Shown here in pieces: positions 21,070-31,137 of a stretch of 64,000 nt of DNA. The translations under genes and the position numbers were made by a program. How positions within the stretch are numbered: position 1 is the first letter of the stretch; every line of letters starts with the position of its first letter. This DNA is from a bacterium (lineage in GTDB: Bacteria > Zhuqueibacterota > Zhuqueibacteria > Residuimicrobiales > Krinioviventaceae), in the NCBI GenBank assembly GCA_963675755.2, contig CAXXMD010000003.1:1792001-1856000 (forward strand), written 5' to 3'. Under the pieces are notes generated by a model. That model was not told where the DNA came from and ran no database searches. It was given only the letters and a program-made list of their open reading frames with translations.

Positions 21070-21855
21070 TTAGTCGTACTTGATCCTGCTGAGATCATAG
21101 GGCGTGTTTGCCAGATGGTTATAATCTGAAATATTGCTAAAGTTCTTGAACCCTACAAGTCTGGAAATGCATGCTACCAACAGCCCACCATTGATATATT
21201 TTATGCTGTCGTCATTATCCGTTGTCAGTCCATATGAAATCAGTCCTATGGCGCCCAGTTCGTATAGGGATATTATAAAATTTGTTATTTTGTAATCAGT
21301 TTTGGTATAAAGAGGATTGTTTTTGTTTATATAATGGTTCCCCCAAAAAGGAGTGATGGTATTCCGCAGCATGTATTGGATTTTACTTTTACGTGGATTG
21401 TCAAAAGGGTGCAGTTCGTTTCGATTTAACTGGATTTGCTGCCGGGTCAGGTCTGTTAACAAATGATCATATAAATAATACCGAGTAGGATCCGATGCCA
21501 TCATCTTCCATACAAGATCGGTCTTGTTTTGTTGTGTTTTGGATTCAAGATATAGTGAAGCATAAATAAATGAAAAAGGACTGTTTTTTGTGCAAGCGAA
21601 TTGATATGTACATGTATCAGGCCTTGTTAAGCTGATAGGGGCAACGTTGATAAAGAAAAACATTCTCATTGCAGGTCTTAATTCCATTGTTGTGGGCCCA
21701 TTGACATAGTTTAGTTTTAATCCCGTATTTGCCGCTACCTGTTTGAATGCACTGTCAACTGTAGCGGAATCTGCATCAATGGTTTCCTGAACATAACCGA
21801 AACCGCTAGTTGATGCCATTATTAAAAAAAGAATAAAAGAGTAGAAATATTTCAT
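21070..21855 (-). CDS. hypothetical exported/membrane protein
   Basis: 261-aa ORF with a signal peptide and C-terminal hydrophobic segments. Confidence 0.6.
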   Translation of the reverse strand: MKYFYSFILFLIMASTSGFGYVQETIDADSATVDSAFKQVAANTGLKLNYVNGPTTMELRPAMRMFFFINVAPISLTRPDTCTYQFACTKNSPFSFIYASLYLESKTQQNKTDLVWKMMASDPTRYYLYDHLLTDLTRQQIQLNRNELHPFDNPRKSKIQYMLRNTITPFWGNHYINKNNPLYTKTDYKITNFIISLYELGAIGLISYGLTTDNDDSIKYINGGLLVACISRLVGFKNFSNISDYNHLANTPYDLSRIKYD

Positions 21856-21904
21856 AGGTTTTGCCCCATAGTAAAAAACCCCTGTTTATAAATCCGCAAA
21901 AAAT

Positions 21905-22025
21905 TCCCTCCCGAGGAATTCAAATCCTCGGGAGGGTGATGATCTGAATCATTCGTTCAATTAACGACCCTTCGATACTTGAGTACCGATCCTGAAAAAG
22001 GCTGGTAATCAAACTCAGGGTCCGA
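21905..22025. repeat. two REP-like hairpins
   Basis: ccctcccgagga-attcaaa-tcctcgggaggg, plus a 'cccttcgatac...actcaggg' element also found at 58941..58996. Confidence 0.65.
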
Positions 22026-22028
22026 CTC

Positions 22029-23408
22029 TTACATATCCACGTAATCGGTGCCCCAGGGGTAACGCTGTGGACGGCTTAGCATGCTGTTTGCCTCGTCATC
22101 GTTATGGAAGCGTTCTTTGACCGGGTCCCAATGCAGTTTGCGGTCCAGTTTCATTGCAATATGGCTGATAAGACAGCCGGTACAGGCACGGTGTCCCACT
22201 TCAGCGGGAGCAATAGGCTGTTTTCGGCTTTTGATGCTTTCAATCCAGTTTTTATGCTGTTCATCGCTCACTGTCAAATGCACATCGGTATCTTTGAGCT
22301 TGGTTTGCAAAATTTTGGGATCACTGGCATCAAGCGCTTTGGCGTTATCTTTTTGTTTCACAGGGTCACTGTCAGTTGCCGCATAGTTGCCGCGGGTCAC
22401 AAAGATCCAGCCTTCATCGCCTTCAAATTTAACACCATTGGGGAATTTATCACTAACCTGAAAGGTGGTGCCGCTTTCAAACTGTCCGTTTACCAGAAAC
22501 GCGCCGTGCACGTCCCACAATCCGGATTTTGGAAATTCTGCGTCAGCTTCTACCATGACCGGACCGGTATACTCGGTACCGAGTCCCCAGTTCATGGAGT
22601 CGAGATGGTGTGCGCCCCAACCGGTGATCATGCCGGCACCAAATTGTTCACAGCGCAGCCAACCGGGACGTGAATAGCCATCCTGGGGATGAACGCCTTT
22701 TTCGGTATAATAGCGCCAGGGCGTTTCACCCAGCCACATGTCATAATTGAGATTGGCGGGAATGGGCATTTCCGGTTCTTCATCGCCAGAAGGATCATAA
22801 GGCAGGCCAATAACCACATTTTTTATGTTACCGATATAGCCATTACGTACCAGCTCGGCGGCAATACGGAACTGGGGCATGGATCGCTGCTGGCTGCCGA
22901 TTTGCAATATACGTCCGGTGCGGTGGATAACATCACTCATCAACCGGCCTTCTTCAATGGTAAGCGAGGCGGGTTTTTGCAGATAAATGTCTTTACCAGC
23001 CAGGGCCGCTTCAATAGCGGGTTGTGCGTGCCAGTGGTCCGGAGTACTGATGATAACCGCATCCAGTTCTGGCAGTTTCAGCATTTCACGGTAATCGCCA
23101 AAGGTTTTTACGTCTACGGGGATGGAGCTGCGGTTCTTTTTATACCACTCATTGACCCATTGTTTGCCTTCTTTTACGCGTTTGGAATCCAGATCGCTGA
23201 CAGCGATGATGTTGACACAATCATTGGCAAGTGTGCCCGGCATATCATGCCCGCGTGCAATACGGCCGCAGCCAATCTGACCCACGTTAATGGTGTTGCT
23301 GGGTGCGTTTTTACCAAACACTTTGGCGGGCACAATCATAGGCGCGCCAATAACCGCAGCGCTAGACAATGTGGTTTTGATGAAATTACGTCTGTTGATA
23401 TTTTTCAT
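22029..23408 (-). CDS. Gfo/Idh/MocA family oxidoreductase, Tat-exported
   Basis: NRRNFIK Tat motif, IGCGRI, STPDHWH, YLQKP and QIGSQQRS. Confidence 0.93.
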   Translation of the reverse strand: MKNINRRNFIKTTLSSAAVIGAPMIVPAKVFGKNAPSNTINVGQIGCGRIARGHDMPGTLANDCVNIIAVSDLDSKRVKEGKQWVNEWYKKNRSSIPVDVKTFGDYREMLKLPELDAVIISTPDHWHAQPAIEAALAGKDIYLQKPASLTIEEGRLMSDVIHRTGRILQIGSQQRSMPQFRIAAELVRNGYIGNIKNVVIGLPYDPSGDEEPEMPIPANLNYDMWLGETPWRYYTEKGVHPQDGYSRPGWLRCEQFGAGMITGWGAHHLDSMNWGLGTEYTGPVMVEADAEFPKSGLWDVHGAFLVNGQFESGTTFQVSDKFPNGVKFEGDEGWIFVTRGNYAATDSDPVKQKDNAKALDASDPKILQTKLKDTDVHLTVSDEQHKNWIESIKSRKQPIAPAEVGHRACTGCLISHIAMKLDRKLHWDPVKERFHNDDEANSMLSRPQRYPWGTDYVDM

Positions 23409-23457
23409 TTTTACTTCCCAATCTCTTTATTAAAAATATTCTAATTATTTTATAACT

Positions 23458-24207
23458 TTATTTTTTCTTCATGCTCCACAACATGCCTGCTTCAAGATGT
23501 TTCAAAAACAGAGGATCGTCATAGTATTCGATCTTGTGTCCCAGCGCGGTAAAGAACTGGCGTCCGCCGTCAAACTCGTGGCACCAGGCTATGGGGATAT
23601 AATCACCCCAGGTTTCGCCCGGGTATTCGCTGCGTTTATCATCAGTAATGGTGGTAAGGTCGGCTGCTAAAAGTACATGAATATCGGGATTTAGATGATT
23701 TATGTAATAGCATTCGTCTTCCCATTTCCAGGGATCAGGCAGAAAATAAGTGGATGGATGGTCTGCATCTACAATCTTGATGTCAAAAGACTGTAACTTG
23801 GGATGACGGACAAAAAGTCCGCCTACCATTTCATGAAACCAGGGCCAGTCGCGTTCGGAAGCGCATGCGGAATGGATGCCCATAAATCCGCCACCATTGC
23901 GAATAAATCTAACAAACGCCTGACGTTGTTCATCCGTATCAAAGCCTTCATTGTTCGAGTTGGAGAAAACCAGGGTTTTGTATTTTTTCAGGTTTTCGTC
24001 TGTAAAAACAGCAGGATCGTCACTAACATCAGACGTGAGGTTGTTCTGTTTACACAGTTTTTGCAGGGCTTTAACACTGGCATCGATATTGTCATGAATA
24101 TAGCCGTCTTTGCCGTTTTTGGTATAAATCAATACCTGCGAACTGGCAGATATGTACAATCCCAGCACAATGCAGATGGTGAGTAATGCGGAAAATAGTT
24201 TTGACAT
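23458..24207 (-). CDS. ThuA domain-containing protein
   Basis: Signal peptide, GGGFMGIHSA, HP, DECY and GRQFFTALGH. Confidence 0.9.
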   Translation of the reverse strand: MSKLFSALLTICIVLGLYISASSQVLIYTKNGKDGYIHDNIDASVKALQKLCKQNNLTSDVSDDPAVFTDENLKKYKTLVFSNSNNEGFDTDEQRQAFVRFIRNGGGFMGIHSACASERDWPWFHEMVGGLFVRHPKLQSFDIKIVDADHPSTYFLPDPWKWEDECYYINHLNPDIHVLLAADLTTITDDKRSEYPGETWGDYIPIAWCHEFDGGRQFFTALGHKIEYYDDPLFLKHLEAGMLWSMKKK

Positions 24208-24219
24208 TTTGTTCTCCTG

Positions 24220-25479
24220 TTATTGAAATTGTTTCCAGTCCACAGTGATTTTTGGAGGATTGGCAAAATCCTGCCAGTATTGCTCTGCCTGTTCTGCGGT
24301 GATCGTTCCATCGTAAACCAGCATGCGGTATTTTAATCCATAAGTATTACCGGGAACCAGGTTCCAGGTTTTATGACGAATAGGGCAGAATTCAAAATAC
24401 ATATCACCGCGGTCACCATTTGCATTGAGCGGCCATACGCGCATGGGCTCTGGGTGTTCACGGTTGGTGGGATGACTCATAAACAAGATACCGGATTTAC
24501 CACTCTGCGGCATTTCTCCGTTAACATTACACCAGCGCGCGCTTGTACCGTCTGCTTCTGCGCGGTCTTTAGCTTCAGAAGTGAGTACGGTACAGTTGTC
24601 TTTGGTCCAGTATTCCAGTGCGCGGTAGCCAATGCCACCACCATATCGGTAGGCAGTCAGTTCAACGGGCTTGTTTGTACAATTGAGCACGGTTGTCATG
24701 TCCCAGAGCCAAACATTGTTGTCCGGCGAAATGTTCCAGGCGCGAACATCCCACACTTCATTGATGGCAACCTCGGGGCCTGTCTCTGCTTTCAAGTCCA
24801 CATGTTCCTGACGGACTTTGAAGCCGGTATAGACGGAACCATCGGTGGTTGAGAGCACACCGGCAAAACGCACGGTTCCCAATCCGCGACCCAGATTCCA
24901 GAAATCCACTTCGCGTCCCTCAATATGGGTTTTGGTCCAGGGGTTCCAGATGCCTACATGGTGATAGTGGTCCGGCGGCTGGATGCGTGTCAGTTCCTGT
25001 CCGTTAGGTGTCCATAAAGGATGAATAAATCCGCTGCGGTTATACAAGGGGTCCACACCCGGGGGAGCGGGTTGTACAGCATGTCGATAGCTGAGAACAG
25101 GTGTGCCGTTTTGCCGTAGGACCAGATCGGTATCTGTTTCTTTACAAACCAGAGCGGGGGCGGTATATGATGAATCCGTATAGATCAATTCGTATGTGCG
25201 GGACTTTGAGGAGGATGAATTATCCAAAATCCACCACAATCGGGGCGTTTGCGCTGCTTCCACCTGACAGGGTACATTGATTTTGCCGGATTTGGTTTTT
25301 TCGATGAGTTTGAGTCGATACGCATCCAGCGGTACCGGCAGATTTTCCAGTGCAATGCTGACCGGAGTGTTGCTATGGGATTTTGATTTAGCGTCTACCT
25401 GTATAACGGCAAGGGTTTGCGCGTACACAAACACAGGCAGGCACAAGACAAGAATTACGCGATTTAAAATACGGATCAT
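24220..25479 (-). CDS. PmoA-like / DUF6807 family protein
   Basis: RSGFIHPLWTP.G..LT...PPDHYHHVG.W and YGGG.GYR. Confidence 0.8.
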   Translation of the reverse strand: MIRILNRVILVLCLPVFVYAQTLAVIQVDAKSKSHSNTPVSIALENLPVPLDAYRLKLIEKTKSGKINVPCQVEAAQTPRLWWILDNSSSSKSRTYELIYTDSSYTAPALVCKETDTDLVLRQNGTPVLSYRHAVQPAPPGVDPLYNRSGFIHPLWTPNGQELTRIQPPDHYHHVGIWNPWTKTHIEGREVDFWNLGRGLGTVRFAGVLSTTDGSVYTGFKVRQEHVDLKAETGPEVAINEVWDVRAWNISPDNNVWLWDMTTVLNCTNKPVELTAYRYGGGIGYRALEYWTKDNCTVLTSEAKDRAEADGTSARWCNVNGEMPQSGKSGILFMSHPTNREHPEPMRVWPLNANGDRGDMYFEFCPIRHKTWNLVPGNTYGLKYRMLVYDGTITAEQAEQYWQDFANPPKITVDWKQFQ

Positions 25480-25599
25480 AATGCTCCTCTCGAAAGCAGA
25501 TATTGGATGGTTTGATTTATTATAATTAAATATCAGTCAATATTCAAGTAGAAAATGATACAAGGGTTTTTAGTTTTTTATTTAAAGAAGAACAAATCT

Positions 25600-26266
25600 A
25601 TCGCATCCCTACGGGATGCCTGTTTCTGGTTGTCATGGTATCTACAGATATTGGGTCCCTGACGGGACCTTTGGATTGATGGAAGGATCAAAGAGCTCAC
25701 AATGTGGATTTAGATTGAATTACGGAATCAATCTGTTTCTTTGGTAGAATACTTGAAACCGGGATCGTTTGACGGGGGTCCCGTAGGGACCGGATATTTG
25801 TAGCCTATGCAAAAAAGCTAATCAGTGTCTCATAGGGACGTGAAGGAAATGGTTAAGGAAATGCTCAATATTAATGCATTTATGATATTTTGTTAATTAG
25901 GATATGTAGTCTATTGCATCCCTACGGGATGCCTGTTCTTAGTTTAGATGGTATCTACAAATATTGGGTCCCTGACGGGACCTCTGGATTGGTGAGATGA
26001 TCGATGATCTCACCATGTTGAATTAGATTGAATTAAAGGAACAACCCGGTTCTCTGGTTGAAAACATAAAGCTGGAATCGTTCGATGACGGCCCCTTTCG
26101 TGAGCCTTGATTTTGGAGGATGATCTACATTTATACAATGGGTATATATTGTATAAATTAATTAATTCGCTTAAAGTCGAAATATTATAACTGGTCCCGT
26201 AGGGACCGGATAGTTGTAGCTTTTGTCAGAAAACCAAATCAGCGTCCCATCGGGACGCGATAGAAA
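25600..26266. repeat. REPIN/BIME-like array, copy A (two inverted-repeat units)
   Basis: Units 25600..25843 and 25913..26261. Each has ~70-bp arms carrying gcatccctacgggatgc / ggtccctgacgggacc hairpins and their reverse complements. Confidence 0.9.
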
Positions 26267-26394
26267 AGATCAGGAAATGCACATAATTTTTATATCCAAT
26301 GAAATTGGATCTATTGATAAAAAGTTTGCAAATTGGTTATTTTTTTGTAATATAAAATATTAATCCCAATTCAATAATATTACAGGGGTGTGAT

Positions 26395-28989
26395 ATGAAG
26401 CTGAACAAGGTAGTTCTTGCAGTAGTTTGGTGTATTTCAATAGCTTTTGCTGGTGAGCCTCAGATTGTAGTTCCTGATTTTCAGGTGAATGAAGCGGGGG
26501 GAGCTGGTAAATTGGACAAGTATAATCCCATGTTGAAACAAATAAATGATGATAGAATGATTTTGGTATGGGTAGATAAAAGATACGGGAGATTTGAAAA
26601 GATTTTTGGTCAGCTATATACATTGCAAGGCGATAAAATTGGTGCAAACCAACAATTAACATATATAGACAGCATTTATACTACTTCTTCTCCAGCAGTC
26701 ACTCCTGGTGAAAACGGGGAATTTCTTTTAACCTGGCAGGGAAATGATCATCATGGATATTTTGCGCAATTATTTGATAAAGACGCAAACCCGTTGGCTC
26801 CATATTTTTCAATTCATGAAGGAGAATATTCCAGATCTTTTTTTGATAATATTTGTGTCGATTATCATTCAAGATTTCATATTGTATGGAATAAAAATGC
26901 TGAAAATGATACATCGTTTGTCTTTATGACCACGCTTGATGAGAGCGGCACCAATAAAGAAAAAACTATTATATTAAAGAAATCTTTGAACCGGACTTTT
27001 TCTAATTTGACAATGAGTTATCATAAAAATGGAGAATTCCTGCTAACCTGTTGGGAGCCGGATAGTTTGGGATACATGCACCTGACATCACAAGTGTTTG
27101 ATACTAACGGAAACCCTGTTAATGAGCCTCAGAAATTATTAAAAACTGAAGGATTTTATTTTAAAACCAAATGTATTGATGTTGATGAGGGATTCGTTGT
27201 TCCTGTTTTTAAATTTAACGACAATAATTTTGCTAGACCAGAGTTTTTAAGAATTTCTTTGCAAGGGGAGTTAATAACAACTCCTTTAGATAGTGTTGGA
27301 CAAGAGGTGTCTGGTGTTAATGTGATTTCAAAAACAAACAACAATACATTTTATATAACCTGGCAAGAATCAGATTACAATAATATGAATTTTATCAAAA
27401 GTCAGGAATTCAGCGGTTCTTGTGAGGCTCTGGGCGATCCATTTGTATTGTATGAATCCGATTATGATCCGTTTAAAAACAGAGTTGTTTTAGGCAATGC
27501 AATTTATGTAAATAATCAAATAAATTTTTGCGTAACAAAACATATGGATTATAATTATGAATTATTTACTTACAACTATTCTTTATCAAATAATAAACTA
27601 GATGAAAATGAACCGGTTGATGATTTTATAGGATTCGCGTCTCAAAAGAATCCACGAGTTATGGTTGATGCGAACAAAGATTTTAGAGTGTTTTGGCGAG
27701 ATGATCGTTTTGAAAGAGCTAATTATGATATATTTGAGCAAGGTTTTAATATAAAAGGTGAAAGAAAAGGGAACAATTTAAACCTGACGCAAGGGTCTTC
27801 AATCTGTGGACAACAGAATATTTTCAATTTGAGCGATACTGGATTTTTAATGACATGGATTGAGAAAAAAGACGATACACATGTTATTTCAGTTCAACAA
27901 TATTCATCGAGTTTGGAGGCTGTGGGAAAGAAAATAGAATTAAAGGAAAATAATGTCTATTTAATAGGTGGTTGTCCTCAAATAGCTTCACTTCCAAAAG
28001 GTCCTAATATTGTTTGTTTTACTGAAAGAGGTGACATGAATGACTATACTTCTTTTCTATTGTTTGATAAACAGGGTAATAGTATTGGTGAAAAGGTGCA
28101 ATTAGATGATATGCCGTATCGTAATTCTGTTCATCCGTTTAATGATACAACGTTTATTGTGTTGGGTGAATGGGTGGATTGTTTTTTTCAAATGGTCTCG
28201 TCAAAGGGAGTATTAGGTATTAATGTGGATTTTGATGGTCAGGAAAATTTGTTTTTTAATCCTGTTGAAAAATATCTGTTGGGTTTTAGCTATAAAAATT
28301 TACAGATGATAATGCAACGTTTCAATGTTGATGGTAGTAAATTGGATTCTGCCAAAGTCACCTTTGATGAAATAGATGGTTATGAACCGGGTTTGCCCCG
28401 TGTGCTATTTGATAGTATAGGCAATTTTGTTGTTACATGGACCCAAGATAGTTTTAACATTAACAACTATCCTGTACCCTATTTGTGGGGTCAATACTTT
28501 AACAGGCAAGCTGAGCCAGTTGGATCACGTTTTCTTATTAAAGAGAATTTTTATTTTCAGGAATATGATTTAGCGTATGAAAATAATATATTATTTTTAA
28601 GCTGGGAGGGATTCAATGATGATCAATTTGATATGTATTCAGAAAATGATATCTGGGCCAGAATATTAGATCTGACTCCAGTTATTACATCTGTGGAAGA
28701 AAATAGTGTTGATTTACAACAACCGCATACTTTTCAGCTTTTACAAAACTATCCCAATCCCTTTAATCCGGTAACACAGATAAGGTATTCACTGGCTGAG
28801 GCAAGCCGGGTAAATCTGACAATTTATGATACGTTGGGCCGCAATGTGCGCACCCTAATTGACGCGCGTCAATCGGCGGGATACCATAATGTGGATGTAG
28901 ACGCGGGCAAGCTGCCAAGCGGGGTGTATTTTTACAAACTGCAATGCGGCAGCCAGGTGCAAACCCGCAAGATGCTGTTGTTGAGATAG
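26395..28989 (+). CDS. large secreted repeat protein with T9SS/FlgD-type C-terminal domain
   Basis: Signal peptide, repeated 'F(L/V)(L/V)TW' blades, and C-terminal QNYPNPFNP...PSGVYFY...RKMLLLR. Confidence 0.85.
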   Translation: MKLNKVVLAVVWCISIAFAGEPQIVVPDFQVNEAGGAGKLDKYNPMLKQINDDRMILVWVDKRYGRFEKIFGQLYTLQGDKIGANQQLTYIDSIYTTSSPAVTPGENGEFLLTWQGNDHHGYFAQLFDKDANPLAPYFSIHEGEYSRSFFDNICVDYHSRFHIVWNKNAENDTSFVFMTTLDESGTNKEKTIILKKSLNRTFSNLTMSYHKNGEFLLTCWEPDSLGYMHLTSQVFDTNGNPVNEPQKLLKTEGFYFKTKCIDVDEGFVVPVFKFNDNNFARPEFLRISLQGELITTPLDSVGQEVSGVNVISKTNNNTFYITWQESDYNNMNFIKSQEFSGSCEALGDPFVLYESDYDPFKNRVVLGNAIYVNNQINFCVTKHMDYNYELFTYNYSLSNNKLDENEPVDDFIGFASQKNPRVMVDANKDFRVFWRDDRFERANYDIFEQGFNIKGERKGNNLNLTQGSSICGQQNIFNLSDTGFLMTWIEKKDDTHVISVQQYSSSLEAVGKKIELKENNVYLIGGCPQIASLPKGPNIVCFTERGDMNDYTSFLLFDKQGNSIGEKVQLDDMPYRNSVHPFNDTTFIVLGEWVDCFFQMVSSKGVLGINVDFDGQENLFFNPVEKYLLGFSYKNLQMIMQRFNVDGSKLDSAKVTFDEIDGYEPGLPRVLFDSIGNFVVTWTQDSFNINNYPVPYLWGQYFNRQAEPVGSRFLIKENFYFQEYDLAYENNILFLSWEGFNDDQFDMYSENDIWARILDLTPVITSVEENSVDLQQPHTFQLLQNYPNPFNPVTQIRYSLAEASRVNLTIYDTLGRNVRTLIDARQSAGYHNVDVDAGKLPSGVYFYKLQCGSQVQTRKMLLLR

Positions 28990-28995
28990 TGTACT

Positions 28996-29561
28996 ATTGC
29001 ATCCCTACGGGATGCCAGTTCCAGGTTGTCATGGTATCTATAAATATTGGGTCCCTGACGGGACCTTTGGATTGGTGGGATGATCAAAGATCTCACAATG
29101 TGGATATAGATTGAATTACGGAATCAATCCGTTTCTTTGGTTGAATCTAATAAATCGGAATTATTCTAGGGCGGTCCCGTAGGGACGGGATATTTGTAGC
29201 CAATGCCATAATAAACAAATCAGCGTCCCATGGGGACGCGATGGAAATGGTTAAGGAAGTGCTCAATATTAATGCATTTATGATATTTTGTTAATTAAGA
29301 TATGTAGTCTTTTGCATCTCTACGGAATGCCTGTCCTTAGTTTTGATGGTATCTACAAATATTGGGTCCCTGACGGGCCCCCTGGATTGGTGGGATGAGC
29401 GATGATCTCACCATGTTGAATTAGATTGAATTAAAGAAACAATCCAGTTTTTTGGTTAAATCCTTGAAACCGGATTCGTTTGACGAAGGTCCCCGCAGGG
29501 ACCGGATAGTTGTAGCCTATGTCAGAAAACAAATCAGCGTCCCATCGGGACGCGATAGAAA
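28996..29561. repeat. REPIN/BIME-like array, copy B (direct repeat of copy A)
   Basis: Units 28996..29242 and 29311..29556 are colinear with 25600..26266, including the spacer sequences. Confidence 0.9.
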
Positions 29562-29619
29562 TTATAATAAATTTTTAAAAATCCTGGTGTTTGATGAAAA
29601 TTATATGGGGGTGTTAATT

Positions 29620-30081
29620 ATGGCCAATACGTTTACTCAAATCTATCTGCAATTGGTTTTTGCCGTACAAAACCGGATGTCACTAATTCAGGATTCCTGG
29701 AAAGATGAATTATACAAATATATTACAGGAATTGTACAAAATCAGGGACACAAATTGATAGCCATCAATGGGATACCTGACCATTTACACCTGTTGATTG
29801 GATATAATCCAAATCAAAAAATACCGGATATGCTTCAGGACATCAAAGGTTCTTCATCTACATGGATTAATGAAAAAGGTTTTTTAAAAGGAAAATTCAA
29901 TTGGCAGTCGGGTTATGGCGCTTTTTCCTATTCCCGTTCACAAATTAATGATGTAATAAATTATATAAACGATCAGCAGCAACACCATGCAAAGTTATCT
30001 TTTCATCAGGAATATATTCAATTTTTGAAATTATTTGATATATCTTTTGATGAAAAGTATATATTTCAAGAGGTCAAATAA
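29620..30081 (+). mobile_element. tnpA: IS200/IS605-family Y1 HUH transposase, likely REP-associated (RAYT/TnpA-REP)
   Basis: MANTFTQIYLQLVFAV, HUH motif DHLHLL, WQSGYGAFS and catalytic Tyr in YINDQ. There is no tnpB, and the REP array lies directly upstream. Confidence 0.9.
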
Positions 30082-30174
30082 ATAGTTCAGCGAATACCCT
30101 CCCAAAAAAGATTGTTTTATTTTTCAAGATAATCATTAAATTATGGTTAAAATAACTTAATCATGAGGGGTATC

Positions 30175-30978
30175 ATGAAAACAAAATTTGTATTTGTACT
30201 GGTGTTTATCTCTTCGCTGTCATTTGCGCAGGGATTGCCAATTCTGGAAAATTTAGAGTTACGTGCAGGTCTTGATTATGAATTCGGCATGTTTAATCAT
30301 AATCCTGAAGCCCTTGTGGAATGGGAAGGCAATCCCTTTAGCGGTTCGGATGTGAATCCTGAGCAGAATTTCAGTCCTACCTACATGTTTAAACCGTGGG
30401 TATATGTAAAAATTTCGCGAGTGGGTATCGGGTTTTCCGAATTTGGCAACAAGCTGTTCGACTCGGTCGGTGCCGCATCAAAAACCGAAATGGAATATAA
30501 ATCCGGCAAGTCTTTTGGTGATGTTGAAGGTACAACCGGTAATACCGAAATCGCTCTAGATTGGTATATTCAGGAATCATTGGCGTTGACCGCTACCTAT
30601 TTGAATATGCGATATGATGCAGAGCCCGCGGACCCAAATGGAGGCAGTGCGCTTTTGAAACGTGCCGTATTCAGCATGACTGGTAATGGTGTGGGTATAG
30701 GAATTAAAACCAATAATGTAATTAATCGCAGATATGCTTTGCGTATGATGTTCATGTACTATCCAACTCTGAGCAGTGAATATGTTATTGATGATAACGA
30801 GGATGACAAGCAGTCATTTGACAGCTATATCTATGCTACACGGGTGAATGTAGACCGCAAGCTGATTAATGGATTGTGGGCAACCGTAGGACTGGACTGG
30901 ATCCATTCATCAGATAATGATAAATTTGTTCGCAATACCCGATTGATGTTAGATGCAGGAGTATATGTAGCGTTTTAA
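30175..30978 (+). CDS. putative outer-membrane beta-barrel protein, distant paralog of the 15181-16801 pair
   Basis: Shares FAQ.LPIL, W..NPF..S.VNPEQ, FSE.GN.LFD..G, DWY....LAL, YYP.L and LI..LW..G. Ends in Phe. Confidence 0.72.
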   Translation: MKTKFVFVLVFISSLSFAQGLPILENLELRAGLDYEFGMFNHNPEALVEWEGNPFSGSDVNPEQNFSPTYMFKPWVYVKISRVGIGFSEFGNKLFDSVGAASKTEMEYKSGKSFGDVEGTTGNTEIALDWYIQESLALTATYLNMRYDAEPADPNGGSALLKRAVFSMTGNGVGIGIKTNNVINRRYALRMMFMYYPTLSSEYVIDDNEDDKQSFDSYIYATRVNVDRKLINGLWATVGLDWIHSSDNDKFVRNTRLMLDAGVYVAF

Positions 30979-31137
30979 ATGTAACAATATACGAGCATAA
31001 TCCTGGTTACCTTGAATGATTTGAGATTTTTTTCAGTAACCGGGATTTATCTTTTTTTGGGGGGAATCATGGGAAGCTATTCTATGGATTCTTTCAAAAG
31101 TGATCAGGGTTTTCAAAAATATGAAAGGGGTTTAAAA

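Noticed and set aside
22081-23444. Long antisense ORFs (for example 22689..23444, 251 aa) and similar shadow ORFs across the window
   Set aside because: They lie opposite well-supported genes and show no recognisable motifs.
29452-29619. N-terminal extension of the transposase in the ORF track
   Set aside because: It reads through the REP array. The family-typical start is MANTFTQ at 29620.
29620-30978. IS605-type tnpA-tnpB element
   Set aside because: The downstream gene is a signal-peptide beta-barrel protein with no RuvC or zinc-finger motifs.
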